Source of the DNA: Lama guanicoe
Lineage: Eukaryota
Length of the DNA stretch: 64,000 nt
NCBI GenBank assembly: GCA_013239625.1
Contig: MU053376.1
Span: 2,569,078 to 2,633,077, forward strand
Reading direction: 5' to 3'
Below are positions 1 to 21,795 of the stretch, one piece after another. The notes under the pieces were generated by a model. The model made no database searches, was not told where the DNA came from, and saw nothing but the letters and a program-made list of their open reading frames with translations. A program made the position numbers and the translations under genes. The number at the start of each line of letters is the position of its first letter. Position 1 is the first letter of the stretch.

Positions 1-261
1 TTTGTGTTACTTTGTCTCATGGTTACTGTCTTTCTAATCTTTGCCACTTTTTTTTTTCTCTTTCCACCTTGGGTAGCCCTGTGAAGACTTTGGACGAGTA
101 GGAGAGACGTGTCTTGGTTTGGTTACCCTCTGGGAGTCTACATGACTCTTTAACTCTCCTTGAGCAGGGTTCACCCAGTATCTCCTCAGTTTGCCTTCCT
201 GGATACTGGCCTCACTGAGGTTTATGAGGGTCAAACCAGATTCAGACCATGAGGTTCCTAG

Positions 262-10101
<9,840 letters not shown>

Positions 10102-11744
10102 CCGTGTGTCTCCCTCCAGCCCTGGCCTCCTGCCCTTGTCACTAATCACCAAGGAATCACTTAACTTCCAACCCCCACCCTCCCCTCCCCCGGCCCCCAA
10201 ATCCCCTCCCCCGGCCCCCCCACCACAAATCTTAACAGAGAACGTGAGGTCATGTGTTTGCAGACCCACCTTAGCTAGTCCACGGCGTGAAACATCTCCC
10301 CGCTCAGGAACAGGCTGGCGAGTTGGATGTGTTAGGACAGACACATCCTCGGTTGGGGAGGTCTGGAGGAGGATGAAAAGGGACACACTCTCCTGGGGTG
10401 ATTGGCAGAGCTGGGCTGAGGCTGAGCATGCTGCGGTTCTTGTCCGTCCACTGTGTCTAAACTTACTAATGTCCTTGTGTTGGTAAAAGGGTGTTGGGGG
10501 GTGTGGGGTGGAGGGGACAGGGCAGCCCATTCTCCCTCCACCCTCCACCTTTGCCTCTTCAAGGTGTGCTTTACTCACAGACCTTCCCTGCCTGCTTCTT
10601 CCCCTTCTCCCCTGTCCCCTTTGGCTTGCCCAGTGTGATGCATGGCACTGTTGTTGCGTGTCCGTCTAGAAGGGAAGGGGCGATGGGCGAGAGAGAAATC
10701 TGGCCTCAGTGGATGCTCTCTGCAATGGGTCTAAATGGGTCTGGACTTAGGGGAGCCTTTCTTTTCCCTTCTCCCCTCCTCTGGAGTCAGGTCCTGCAAG
10801 GGTCAGCCCGGGCTACAGAACATCCACAGATGCTCTAGAGCCTGGAAGTGGACGTAGGGTGAGCGTTCTCGCCTCCTTTCATGAGAAACAATCCTAAGTC
10901 TTCGGTGCCCTGGGGGAGGCTGGGTCTCAGTAGGTGGGAAGTACCTCGGTTGTGTTTTTCAGACGTAAGTCTTTGGGCCTCAGCGGAGTGAGGTTCAGGA
11001 GAGGACAGTGGTCTCTGACTCTTGCAGGGCTCTTGGGGGGCAGTCATATCTTTTCTCCGGTGGCTCCCAGCTTCTTTGCCGACCACCGGAACTCCTGCCA
11101 AAGCCAGTGACCTCTGGGACGGTTTAGAAGGACAGAGTTGGATTCAGGAGTCGCTGTTGATGTCTGGGTTGCTCACGGGAAATGGCAGAGAAGAGCTAAC
11201 TAGAGCTGCTTTTTATTTTCCAATGATTCCAGCCCACTCTCCTCTTTAAGTTAAAACTGTCTTTTGCATGAGCATCTTTTTTTCCCCCAAATGTGGAAAA
11301 GCGTGGTGATAAATTTAACCTCTCTCACTGGGGTACTGTTTTATCTCACCTTGACGTCCAGGGGAGTCTTGGTGTCCCGTAGGGTCTAGCTCTAGACTGT
11401 TTATCCATTTACTTGTGTCGTTCCATTTTTCCTGCAGGTTAAACAGGAAATGTGTAGAGCAGGGGTTCTTAGCCCCGTGGTGGCCCATGGTGCATCCTCC
11501 TCCCACCCGCCCCCTAATTTTGTGTGCAAAATGTGTGAGTATGTGTATGTGCATTTTTCTGAGAGGCAGGTCTAGAGTTCTCATGAGATTTTTTAAAAGA
11601 GAGGACTCTCCACCTTAAAGTTACCAACCTGTCATTTGGAGGTGAGCAGTGAGAGCTAGTTAACTATTTGCCAGGGGTGTTTTTGTTTGCTAACGGGAGA
11701 TCGTTGGTTGTGGTTCTCACCTGGAAGTACTCAGTAGAATTCCT

Positions 11745-11910
11745 TACAGAATGTTTGAAACATATACATGCCTGGGTCCACTTTAGGATTAATTCTAACT
11801 CAGTCTGTGGGACTGGGGTCTGGACATGCGTGTGTTTAAATAGCTTCTCTGATGATTCTGAACCATTCTCCAGAACTTCATTTTATGAAGTTAGGTGGAG
11901 AAACACTGGG
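11745..11910. mobile_element. MER5-like DNA transposon remnant within the PFKFB2 3' UTR
   Basis: atgcctgggtccac...tctaactcagtctgtgggactggggtctggacatgcgtgtgtttaaatagcttctctgatgattctg...gaaacactg resembles MER5. Confidence 0.5.
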
Positions 11911-14900
11911 ATAGTAGTTCCTTGGACAAAGCATCAACCGCAGAATTCTGAATTCCTCGTGGTTCTGGAAGGACAGTTCCCCAGAGTTAGCTATGTGAGC
12001 AGATCTCAATATTGAATGAAGTAACCCCTGCAAAGTTACTTCAGGCAGCAGCTATGTTTTAGAGGGTTATTCTGGGTTCTAGTTCCAGCTTTAATGCTTA
12101 ACGTTGCAAGGTGATGTGGAATCAATCACTATGTTAGATAAATGTCCTTGGATAATAGCTGGGAATTTTAAGCACCCTGGAGAGAGGTACTGAGAGAAAA
12201 CTTACAGGAAGATAAAGGTTATCATCACAGGCGAGTAGCTTGTGACCTTGAGTCCATTTTTGCATCCTGAGCAGGACATCACAGCCAGCTTTCAAACTTG
12301 ACTGGGTTCTGCTCCAAATTGCCTCCAAGATATAAAGTAACTTCCTATTCCTGTTTAGCCATCACATGACATGTACTTAGTGCCCTTGTCTGTGGGGCTT
12401 CAGGCTGGTGTGGGGTGTGGTGGAGGAGGGAGACACAGAAGCGAAAGAAAAGTCCTTGCCCTCAAGAAGGTTATTTTAGAGGAAGGGCATATAATTTTTA
12501 ATAGATGAACATTTGCAAAAGAGCAACACACTGAGTCTATAAATGGGGATGTCGTGGTGGAGTACGGATTAGTTCAGACTTTTCTCTTGTCCTTTGTCTA
12601 TGAGACTAAAAGGGTTGGGAGGTGGGAATGTCCCCCCAGGATGATGTGGTTGAGGAGGTGTGTGTGGCACTTTTGCAAGGTTGCCTTGTCTGGCTTTGCT
12701 TGGCTGGTGGCATCTTTAGCCCAAATGGGTATTCAGTCTTTTCTTTTGCCATGCAGTTCAGAGCTAATCCATGAGAAAGAGCAATTTGATCCACGACTTT
12801 AGATTTGGGCTCCATGTACTCTTAGAGGAGAAATCTCCAACAAACCTGTGTTGTGTTACCTTGTCAGAAACCCCAGCGTTAGGCACAGTCACTAGGATGT
12901 GCGGTTGGACTCTCAGCCTGCTGATGTGGCTTCTCTCTCCCCACGTGCTAATGTGCGTCCCCCAGAAGAGGAGCCTGAAGGAGTGTTACTCTCAGACAGG
13001 ACACAGGACGTTGGAGTTTGACCGCACCAAGGACTTTAGCATCCTTTTGTTTTTAGAACGAGATCCCTCCAGAGAGGGTTCAGCAGGAAGAAGCCAGGAG
13101 AGTATAGAAGGGAATAGAGCTCTTGCTCCAAATTTTAGAGAAGTCTGTGTGTATAGCACAGACGCCACCAAGAAGGGATGGATTCCAGAGTACTTTCTGC
13201 CTGATGCTTTCCGCTTTGTTGTAGGGGAAATCGGTGAAGACTAGCATTTAATCTATTGACTTAAAACAGGGAAAGGAAGGTCATGGTATATTCGATGATC
13301 TTTCTCTTGTCTTAAAGTTGAAAGAGGAGTTTTACGACAGACTTGAAAGAATAGTCTAAAGCAGATTTGAGAATTAGCTTCTCTTCCTGTTTCTTAATCC
13401 TTAAGTTGCAATTTAGCTCTTACTTGTCTGTATTGTCTTTGGCTTTGCTTTGGCAAGGGGATTGTTTTGCATTCAATTGAAGAGTAGGATAAGAAAATCT
13501 TTTAAAAACATGTATTGTACTAGGGGTCTGCCCGGTATTATTGCCTCTGGTTGTGTGTTTTGTTGCTGCTGTTTTGGGTTTTCTCCCCTCCAGAAATCAG
13601 GGTTGGAAGCACAAGATACGTGTATTCGTAGACTGAACAGCTGAGTGTTTCCTATGAGGACCTAGGTGTTCCTCGTTGCAGTCCGCAGTTGATCTTCAGA
13701 GGCACTGGCATTTTGAAGAAACATGATGCAGCTGTTTGGAAATAAATTCATCTTACGGTGTCTCTGTGAGTAGGAGATCTGAGACCCAGAGAAGCTCACT
13801 GATGCTTGGGGCAGCCAAAGGACGAGGGGGAAAGCGTCTGTAATTGAGAGAACTCTACCTGGGTAGACAGTCTTAGGCACAGTCCATCGACTGTGCTGAG
13901 CCCGGAAGCCGTGTTGTGTGTTTTCCAGAAATGTGATAATTTTATGCAGGTTTTCCATTGCATATTTCTATTTGTGGTTTAAAATACTTTAATTTAAAAA
14001 TTACGTCACAACAGAATCGGCTTGCAGCATTGGAAGGCTTGATCTCTGACGTCCCGTAGAGGTGACGCAGAGACCAGAGGTATGCCCAGGGACGTAGCTC
14101 AGACTCATCGTGTCCGGAAGACTGCATCTAGAAATACCTATATGCCGACCGCCCGACAGACTCCAGCAGGGACACATGCTGCCTGGCAGATCCTGGCAGG
14201 TCCCTGTGCTGACTAACTGCCAGACTCTACCAAGACCTGCCAGTGGACAGTCTGACCACATGACGTTCTCTCATTCTACCAGTTCATAGTATGTGCGTGT
14301 TGCTACAATTCTCTGTCCACTGCCCATGTCCTACAGAGAAAGGAGGTAACCGCTTCACCTGTTTTCTTCAGGGGGAAGTGCTATATACGATGCTTTTTAA
14401 TAGACATTTTTTTAAGAGTAGCGGCCAAATTCTGATCGTTAAATGAAGATTGAACATCACTTGTGAGATCATTTGTAAACTCAGCTGAGGAAGTGCCTGC
14501 TCGGAGCCTGAAATTGTTCCCTCTACTTGAAGGCATCCCATCCGCTGCCCCACTTCTGGGCAGCACCTCACTGTCTGAGCCCTTTGTGCCCCCAGCTTCC
14601 CCTCCTGGCCTGCAGCATGCCGTTGGGCCGCGCAGCTGCTCTTAGTCTGCTATCTGTTTGGCTCCTACTCAGAATCTAATAAAAATGCAGAGGAGATTTT
14701 GCATTCAAAAATTGATTTTAAGAGTCAGCAAACGTATTCTTTTCAGTAAGCCTTTCACTGGGGATCTGTGACCAATATTTACCTACTTGATTTTTTTTTT
14801 TTTGTACCTGAATTGCTTGTGTACAGTTTGTCCTTGTGTTGAAGTAACAGGATCCGCTCATTCTGACAATGGTGATAGTTTTGCTGTGGCAAAAGCAAAT

Positions 14901-15174
14901 GACTGGTCACCAGCTGTGCCCTTTGAGGGGGCTGGGGGTAGGCTGAGCACCACTGAGTGAAATGCAATGAACTGAATTGGGAACCCAGGCAACAGAGCTA
15001 GCCTGTAGGTTTCTGAGGCACAGACAGCTCTGTTGACAGAAGGAATGTAAGTCCTCAGCAGCATCCTAATTTAATCTGGTGACATCGATATCAAAATATG
15101 CCACTCAGATCCACATAAGGTGTGTATAACTGTATTTGAATTGTGTTTTTGTGTGTGTGTGTGTAGAATGGGTA

Positions 15175-15180
15175 AATAAA
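15175..15180 (+). terminator. Poly(A) signal ending the about 5.1-kb 3' UTR of the proximal PFKFB2 terminal exon
   Basis: AATAAA followed by a GU/U-rich downstream element at about 15217-15245. Confidence 0.65.
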
Positions 15181-16325
15181 ATTGTTGAGTAACTTGAACC
15201 TATCAGAAGGCTTCTGGGTTTTTTGTTTTGTATTTTGGGTTGTGTTCTCCACCCTCTCCCCTACCCCTAAAACTTGGCCTCGGGCTGCTTGGTGACTGGG
15301 CCTCAGACAAGCAAAAGCCAGTCTGCAGAGTGACTGGAGTCCTTGGTCAGGGCATGGCTCTCTTCCACCACCTTCTGGGGAAGATGGGAAGGACATCATG
15401 GAGGGCACTGGAACTTAGTTGCGTGACTCTGGGTGCCTCGACAAGAATTGAGGGAAAATTACCTTTGACCACACTGTGCTATGACTTCCACTCGCTACGC
15501 GGAATTCATTATTTATTGCAAAGAAGACCTTTGGAGATCTCTTAGAATTTAGTGGGCTCTTCCTTCTAAAAACATGACCTGCCTGTTTCTAAAGAGATTG
15601 CAGCCAATGGGATAAAATGGCGTTTCACTTCTTCTGGGAGAGGAAGTGCCGATGGGGTCACGTCACCACTTTCATGCCTTATTCCTTGTTACCGTCACAA
15701 GGACCAGGAGGGCGTTAGACATGCAGACCCTCGGGCCCCATCCCAGGCCTCCTGAAGCAGTCTTCACTTTTCCTGGATGACCGGGTGATCAGCTGCACAT
15801 TTACCATATGAAAAACACTGTTCTAAGGGGAAGAATTTCTCACGTGGTTAAATGTTGGATCCCAGTTCATGGGAAGGAGTTGATTTCTGCTCTGAGCGCT
15901 GACTGCAGGCTGGACTGGGATAACTACGGTGGTGGGGACCCTCCTCAGAAGCCACACAGCCCTGCCTGCAGTCTCACTTCTTTTTGGCCTAGTCTTCTGG
16001 CCAGTGTAGCCCACGTACTCTCCTTTTATTCGCCGCAGGGCTCCCTACCTCCCCTGCCTGCTGTCCTGGGTATGTAGCTTACGCGCCAGGTGTGAAGGGA
16101 GTGCCTGGTCCCCCGTGGCCACAAGGTCGGTTTCTCAGGGAGAGAAGCCCAGGACTCTGCCATGCGTTTGTCTGACTCCCGAGAGTAAAGGGATGTGTGT
16201 GGATTTGGGGACGTGCGGTGTGGGGGTGCCGCGGAAGGGCTGTGGCGGGGGTTCCTTTTCAACTTCTTGACCTGTCACTCGGTGGTGGTGTAACGGCTCT
16301 GTTTCTCTTCCTCCCTGGCTCCTAG

Positions 16326-16388
16326 GCAGAGACCTCGCTGGCCGTGCACAGGCCCTCCCGCCCGGCATCCCTCACGCTGCTCTCCTGA
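16326..16388 (+). CDS. PFKFB2: PFKFB2 alternative distal terminal exon (coding part)
   Basis: Pyrimidine tract plus cctag|GCA; AETSLAVHRPSRPASLTLLS*. Resembles the human short-isoform tail (AAETTLAVRRRPSAASLMLPC, from memory). Phase 0 matches the donors at 9123 and 10080. Confidence 0.85.
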   Translation, partial: AETSLAVHRPSRPASLTLLS

Positions 16389-18301
16389 TGACGTGGAGGC
16401 TGAGGCCAGACCTCTCCGGGGGACGGGGCAATGCTGCAGAAACTGGCCCGTCAGCCCTCCAGGGGCCTGAACAGGACGTGAAGTGGGGACTGGACATTCG
16501 GGGCCACTGAAAGGAGGCCTGGAAAAGCTTCACCATGTTTCTCCCCCTCATGCCCAATGGGAATATCAGTGACCCTGAAAGACTTAGCTTCCCTGTGCCT
16601 CAAAACGTTTAGCAGCCTGAACCGATTCGGTTTTATAATCGCTTTGCTGGATTCGGCCCAAGTTGGTCAGCCTTGTTCCGTTTCGGCATTTAACATCCCA
16701 CCTGTGACTGTGTCCCCGCTGGCCAGCATTTGCCTCACGTGCAGACGCACCTCTTCAGGTTTCATTGTTTCCAAGTGAGGGGGCTAAACCCCAGCCAGCC
16801 TTTTCTGTGCTGTAAGAGCTGGTCTCTGCTTCCACTCCAGGTGAGCAGCTGGAGTCCAGAGTACGTACGTCAGCAGTCACTGGCTTGTCACATTGGAGAC
16901 AAGAGACAGATTCACCAGATGAATGGAGGGTATCTGAGGAATTCAGTCCCCAGAACGTCTCTTCTGCAGTGATGGAAGAGGAGTGTCAGTAGCAACCTTT
17001 TCACTTAGAGAAGTTTTCCTTGTTCAGGCCCCTTGAGGGCAGGATCTGACTGCAGGGCTCCCCCAAAGGGGTGCCCATCTTCTGAGTTCTCTTTTGCAGC
17101 TGCTGTATTTTCTGTCTGACTCTGTGTGCCTCTCATAGCTAAAGAGGGCTAAGGTCTTCCTCTCTGGTGGTTGGGAATGAGGGCCGGAGAGGAAAGTAGG
17201 GTGCCCTTTGGGTCCCATGAAGAACTAAAGAAGGTTCCTTGGGAATCAACTCTATCGGAGTTCTTCTGGCTTCCAAACAGGTGCAGGGAGACATACTCTT
17301 CTGTGGGGTCTGCTACCGAGTTACGGTCTCTAAGAAAACTGGCTGTGATGTCAAGAGCAGCCTGTCTGATGCCTGCCTCTTAGCTAGGTCTGCTGAGCTC
17401 TCATGTAAAGCCTCAGGGGAACGGGGAGGTGGGGGAACCAAGGCCTCAATGCACTGGTCATGTGATTTCCCTTAACGATAAGCCAGGTAGTTATTTCCTA
17501 GATCAGCGATTGTCAAAGGCAAGAGATGTGATTTTCCCATGTCGCTGCTCCGGAAGGAGGGCATGGAAGCCCCAAAGCAAAATCCTTTTTTTTTTTAAGA
17601 ATTAGTTTTTTAGCTTTGTATATGTTTTTTCCCTTTTCATTCAGACTCCCACTTGCTGGGCAAGAGGATGAACAGCCAGAAATGTAAATGAAATGCAGCT
17701 CTTCCCAAATGGTTCTCTTATACTGTGGCCAGTATAGGGCTCTGTTACCTGAGATGTGATGCGCTGGGCTGCAGGCAGTTCAGCACCTGGCACACGGGAG
17801 CTTGTTTCAAATGCGCAGCACAAAGCTGCCTTCGAAAGGCTCCTGACTCTGCTCTGTAGCAGGTAGCTGTCATCTGGCTGCTCACAGCACGCTGTACTGT
17901 ACGGATCTTGTTCTTGTCATGTGGATTTCTTTTTGCATCTGAATGCACTGTCTTTTGTTGATCCAATAATGTTTTTATTTAGTTATTTATTCATCCACGT
18001 AAGGTATTTTTAAGTCCCCGTTTTGGTGTCTGCATGTATTTAATCAGAATGTAAGGTAATTTGTGTTGTCAGGTTTTTTTTTTTTTGTTAGAAATTTAGG
18101 TAGTTTGAGTATTTAAGTTTAACGCCCATAGTATTACCTTAAATTAAATTGCCAGAATGTAGGCATCCATCTTCTGTAAAAGGATAATAACTATGTTAAG
18201 GCACAGTGGCTTTCTTTTGAAGGCCTGTTTTTTCATTGATTTTTATTATAAGTATAAACCAAGAGATGCAATTCTCCAGAGAAAAGTTTATCTCCTGGGT
18301 A

Positions 18302-18361
18302 AATAAAGTCATGCTAAAATTTGTGAGTAATATGTATTGCTTTTGTAATAAATACAATAAA
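18302..18361 (+). terminator. Cluster of poly(A) signals for the distal PFKFB2 3' UTR
   Basis: AATAAA at about 18302, 18347 and 18356 after an AU-rich stretch. Confidence 0.6.
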
Positions 18362-18496
18362 GGTTATTTTTAATTAAGAAATGAGGCTAATTTTTAAAAT
18401 CACACACACAAAATAATATGGGGTACTTTATACATACACAAAACAGTAACATTGTGCAAACTGTGTTTGAAACCAGCTTCTTTAAAATGATTCTCA

Positions 18497-19113
18497 GGAG
18501 ACAAGACCAGAGGCCGAACTTGGGATCTGACAAGATGGCCGGGCTGCCCCGCAGGATTATCAAGGAGACCCAGCGTTTGCTGGCAGAACCAGTTCCCGGC
18601 GTTGATGCAGAACCAGATGAGAGCAACGCCTGTTATTTTCATGTGGTCACTGCTGGCCTCCAGGATTCCTCCTTTGAAGGGGGGACTTTTAAACCTGAAC
18701 TATTCCTTCCAGAAGAATACCAATGGCAGCCCCTAAAGCATGTTTCATGACCAAATTATTTCATCCTAACGTAGACAAGTTGGGAAGAATATGTTTAGAT
18801 ATTTCGAAAGGTAAGTCGTCCCCAGCGCTGCAGATCCGCACGGTTCTGCTGTCGATCCAGGCTTCGTTAAGTGCTGCCAATCCAGATGACCCATTAGCGA
18901 TGATGTAGCAGAGCAGTGGAAGGCCAATGAAGCCCAAGCCACAGAAACAGCTAGAGCATGGGCGGCTCTATGCCATGGATAATATTTAAATCGATCCAAT
19001 CACCAAGTGTGCATCATTTCTCTTGTTCTGCCAAGACTTCTTCCTTTTTTGTTTGCATTTAATGGACGCAGTCTTAGAAACATTACAGAATTAAAAAAAA
19101 CCCAGACCCCCGA
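18497..19113 (+). pseudogene. UBE2N: Processed pseudogene of ubiquitin-conjugating enzyme E2 N (Ubc13)
   Basis: Intronless [22 protein letters not shown] (ATG 18535) ... [14 protein letters not shown] ... NI* (TAA 18987-18989). Three frameshifting deletions (about 18721, 18900, 18962) give 455 nt vs the expected 459. Short UTRs, an A-rich end, and TSD aaaatgattctca (18484-18496) / aaaattattctca (19114-19126) at a TT/AAAA site. Confidence 0.95.
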
Positions 19114-21134
19114 AAAATTATTCTCAAATTATTAGATTGTGTGTATATTTCCAACTGGTGGTTTTAAACTGGTGAGTCCTGTGTTTATCAAGTTCCCTCA
19201 GCATTTCCAAATGGTACCAGTGGGATCATTACTGCTATACATTGTCAACCTTCTAGAGCTGTATTAATTTATTTAATGAATACTTAATGATGACTTATTG
19301 GTTGCCATGTAATGACTGAAACAAAGACTCTGTCCTCTTTCTAGAATTTATTATTGGAAAGGAGACAGTTAACAGCACACCAGTAACCCATCCTTCCCTG
19401 CTGGGAATGCCTTCCCCCTGTGAATGACCTTGACCAAAACCACTATTAGATAATAGTTATGTAGGCGTTTATGGTAAAGGAACTTGAAACACTCTCTAGG
19501 GTAATTAGCAACAGAGATAAAACGAAATGTTCATAACAGTAAAGCAGTTATCACTTCTGTAAGTCCAAGGGTTCTGATGGCATGGCAATGATTTGTGAAT
19601 TTTCCCCCTTTGAAGTGAGAAGTGGTGCTAAACATACTGACCTTTAGCAATATATCTGGACGAGTTACAATGACGAGGGTGTCAAGAGTGTAATTTCCTG
19701 GGAAAGATCTCCAAGCGCTTTTTAAAATGTTATCTTATTCAGCTATCAGGCCGCCACTTGTAGAAGACTGGGAGTGTCTGGGGTCATTCTCCCTATTTTA
19801 CAAATAAATAGGTGAATGAACACCCTTACTGAGTAACTCACCTCAATACTGATGGAGTTTCTGTCAAGGCATAAAACCTGTGTTGGTGAGGACCCAACAA
19901 ACACCTAACGTACTACTTTTACACATAGCTGGAAACTTCAAGATGGTCAGGGTTAGAAAATGACTGTTGGTAATGGTCATGGTTTGCTTAATTTCTGTAG
20001 CCGTAATTGTTACATCATGTCTTGAGCCTCTCCAGCGTCTTTACTGGGATCTCACCATGGGGAGGGCCAGCCTTTGGATTCACTAGCTTGTCCTTGTTGG
20101 TGACACCCCCCTGGTACTTCCTGTGGCAGTTTGGCAGTAACCTGTTCCCATTTTATATGGTCTCAGAGTATTCTGTATCATCCAACCCACATGCATTGTC
20201 TTGAACTCATCCGAGAATTTGACAAAAGCTAAGGAGTCTATCCTCAGGAAAAGGTACACACACACAAGTTGTACATACAGTTTAGGGGGTCATGACCTCC
20301 TGAAATCCATTCCTGGACCCTCAGGGTAGGAAACCAGGAGGTGGATGGTAATCTCCACACGTACTCACCCACCCCTTCTCCCTTTCTTTCCTTCAACATG
20401 AAACAGATCAAGAGATATCTATTTGATATTAACTTTTTTAAGCAGAGGAGGGGACTATATGAGATTCTGAAATGTTCACTTTTTTTTTAACTGGTCCTTG
20501 TGGAATACTTAAGAATTTGAATGGATTGTAATAAAATAACATCACTAATCATGGAGAGAAATATGTTCTTTTTCTTAAAAACTTCAAGGCACAAAGTCTT
20601 CTGCTATCATCAGTAAGCCAGTGCCAGGTGCATTTTCTCAGTCATTGCAGGCAGAATAACTCCTTCTGAATTCCCCCCAAACACTTAAATACCCTTTTTG
20701 ATTGTATATCTGATACTTTAATTTGAAAACTAGGTCAGATTCTAGAGGTGAGTTTCTCCTTGCAATTAAATGAAATAATTTCAGAAGCATAGGAACTTTG
20801 AGGAAGAGCATTCCAGATGTAATAGGGCCTTGCTTCAAACAGTATTAAGTCCCATCACCAAATGTGCAGCCTACTTTCAGAGAATAGCTTGTTTATCCAT
20901 TTTGGGTTTTCTTCATCAGTCACCCACTTACCTTTCTGTTTACATTCAATTTTCACTTCCTAGGTTTTCTCTCTCATCCACTGCCTTTTCAGAATTTGTG
21001 CATGGGATGGAAAACAGTCTCTGGGCCCAATTTAATGAGGCCTATAAAACATTCTTTTCCAAATTTAAATTCCTGGGTCATTTCACTCAAGCACCAGTTG
21101 ACCCTTATTTTTTTTCATCCACCAGTGTTTCAGA

Positions 21135-21795
21135 TTAGAGTTGGTTTCAGTTGAAGGTGTCAGCAAACCCAAACTAACAGCATCTTACATATGACAGAAG
21201 GTTACTCTCACCTACAATGAAGTGTGGGGATAAGCAGTTAAGGACTGGCATGGGGCTCCCTCAGTCATCAAGGACACAGGTCCTTGTGTCATGTTTTTTA
21301 AAAAGTTTTTTACTTAGTTTACTTATTATTGCGCTATTATTATTTTGGGGGGGCAGCGGGAGGTAATTAGGTTTATTTATTTTTAGTGGAGGTATTGGGG
21401 ATTGAATCCAGGACCTCATGCGCACAAAGCATGTGCTCTACCACTTGAGCTATATGCTCCCTCCCCTTCTGTCATGTTAATTCAGCATCCTCAAAACGTG
21501 TTGGGTTCTGCCTCATAGTACAATAGAGCTACTCAAGCTACTGGAGTCATGCCCACATTCCACAGTCAGCAAAAGGGAGCAGAACACCAACTTCCTTTGA
21601 GGATATGTTCCAGATGCTGCATACAATACTTCTAGTTCATTGGCCAAGCCTTAGTCCAATGGCTATATGTAGTTGCAAGACAGGATGAAAATGAATTAAA
21701 AAAAAATTCAAAGTGACTTTGTGTCAGCTAAAATTGGTGTTTAATTACTAAAGCAGAGGGATGACACGAATTTGGGGAGTGAATAGCAATCTGTT
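21135..21795. mobile_element. Old MaLR (MLT1-like) LTR interrupted by a SINE
   Basis: ttggtttcagttg...aaacccaaactaacag...ttcattggccaagccttagtccaatggctata...tagcaatctgtttca resembles MLT1. Confidence 0.5.
21296..21464 (-). mobile_element. tRNA-derived SINE (camelid Vic-1-like)
   Basis: Reverse complement reads ...atatagctcaagtggtagagcacatgctt...gaggtcctggattcaatccccaatacctcc, then the tail aaacctaattacctccc and an A-run; TSD-like ccttgtgtcatgtt / ccttctgtcatgtt. Confidence 0.85.

Noticed and set aside
18418..18989. Functional UBE2N retrogene
   Set aside because: Three frameshifts and substitutions at conserved residues (for example KDKWSP to KGKSSP).
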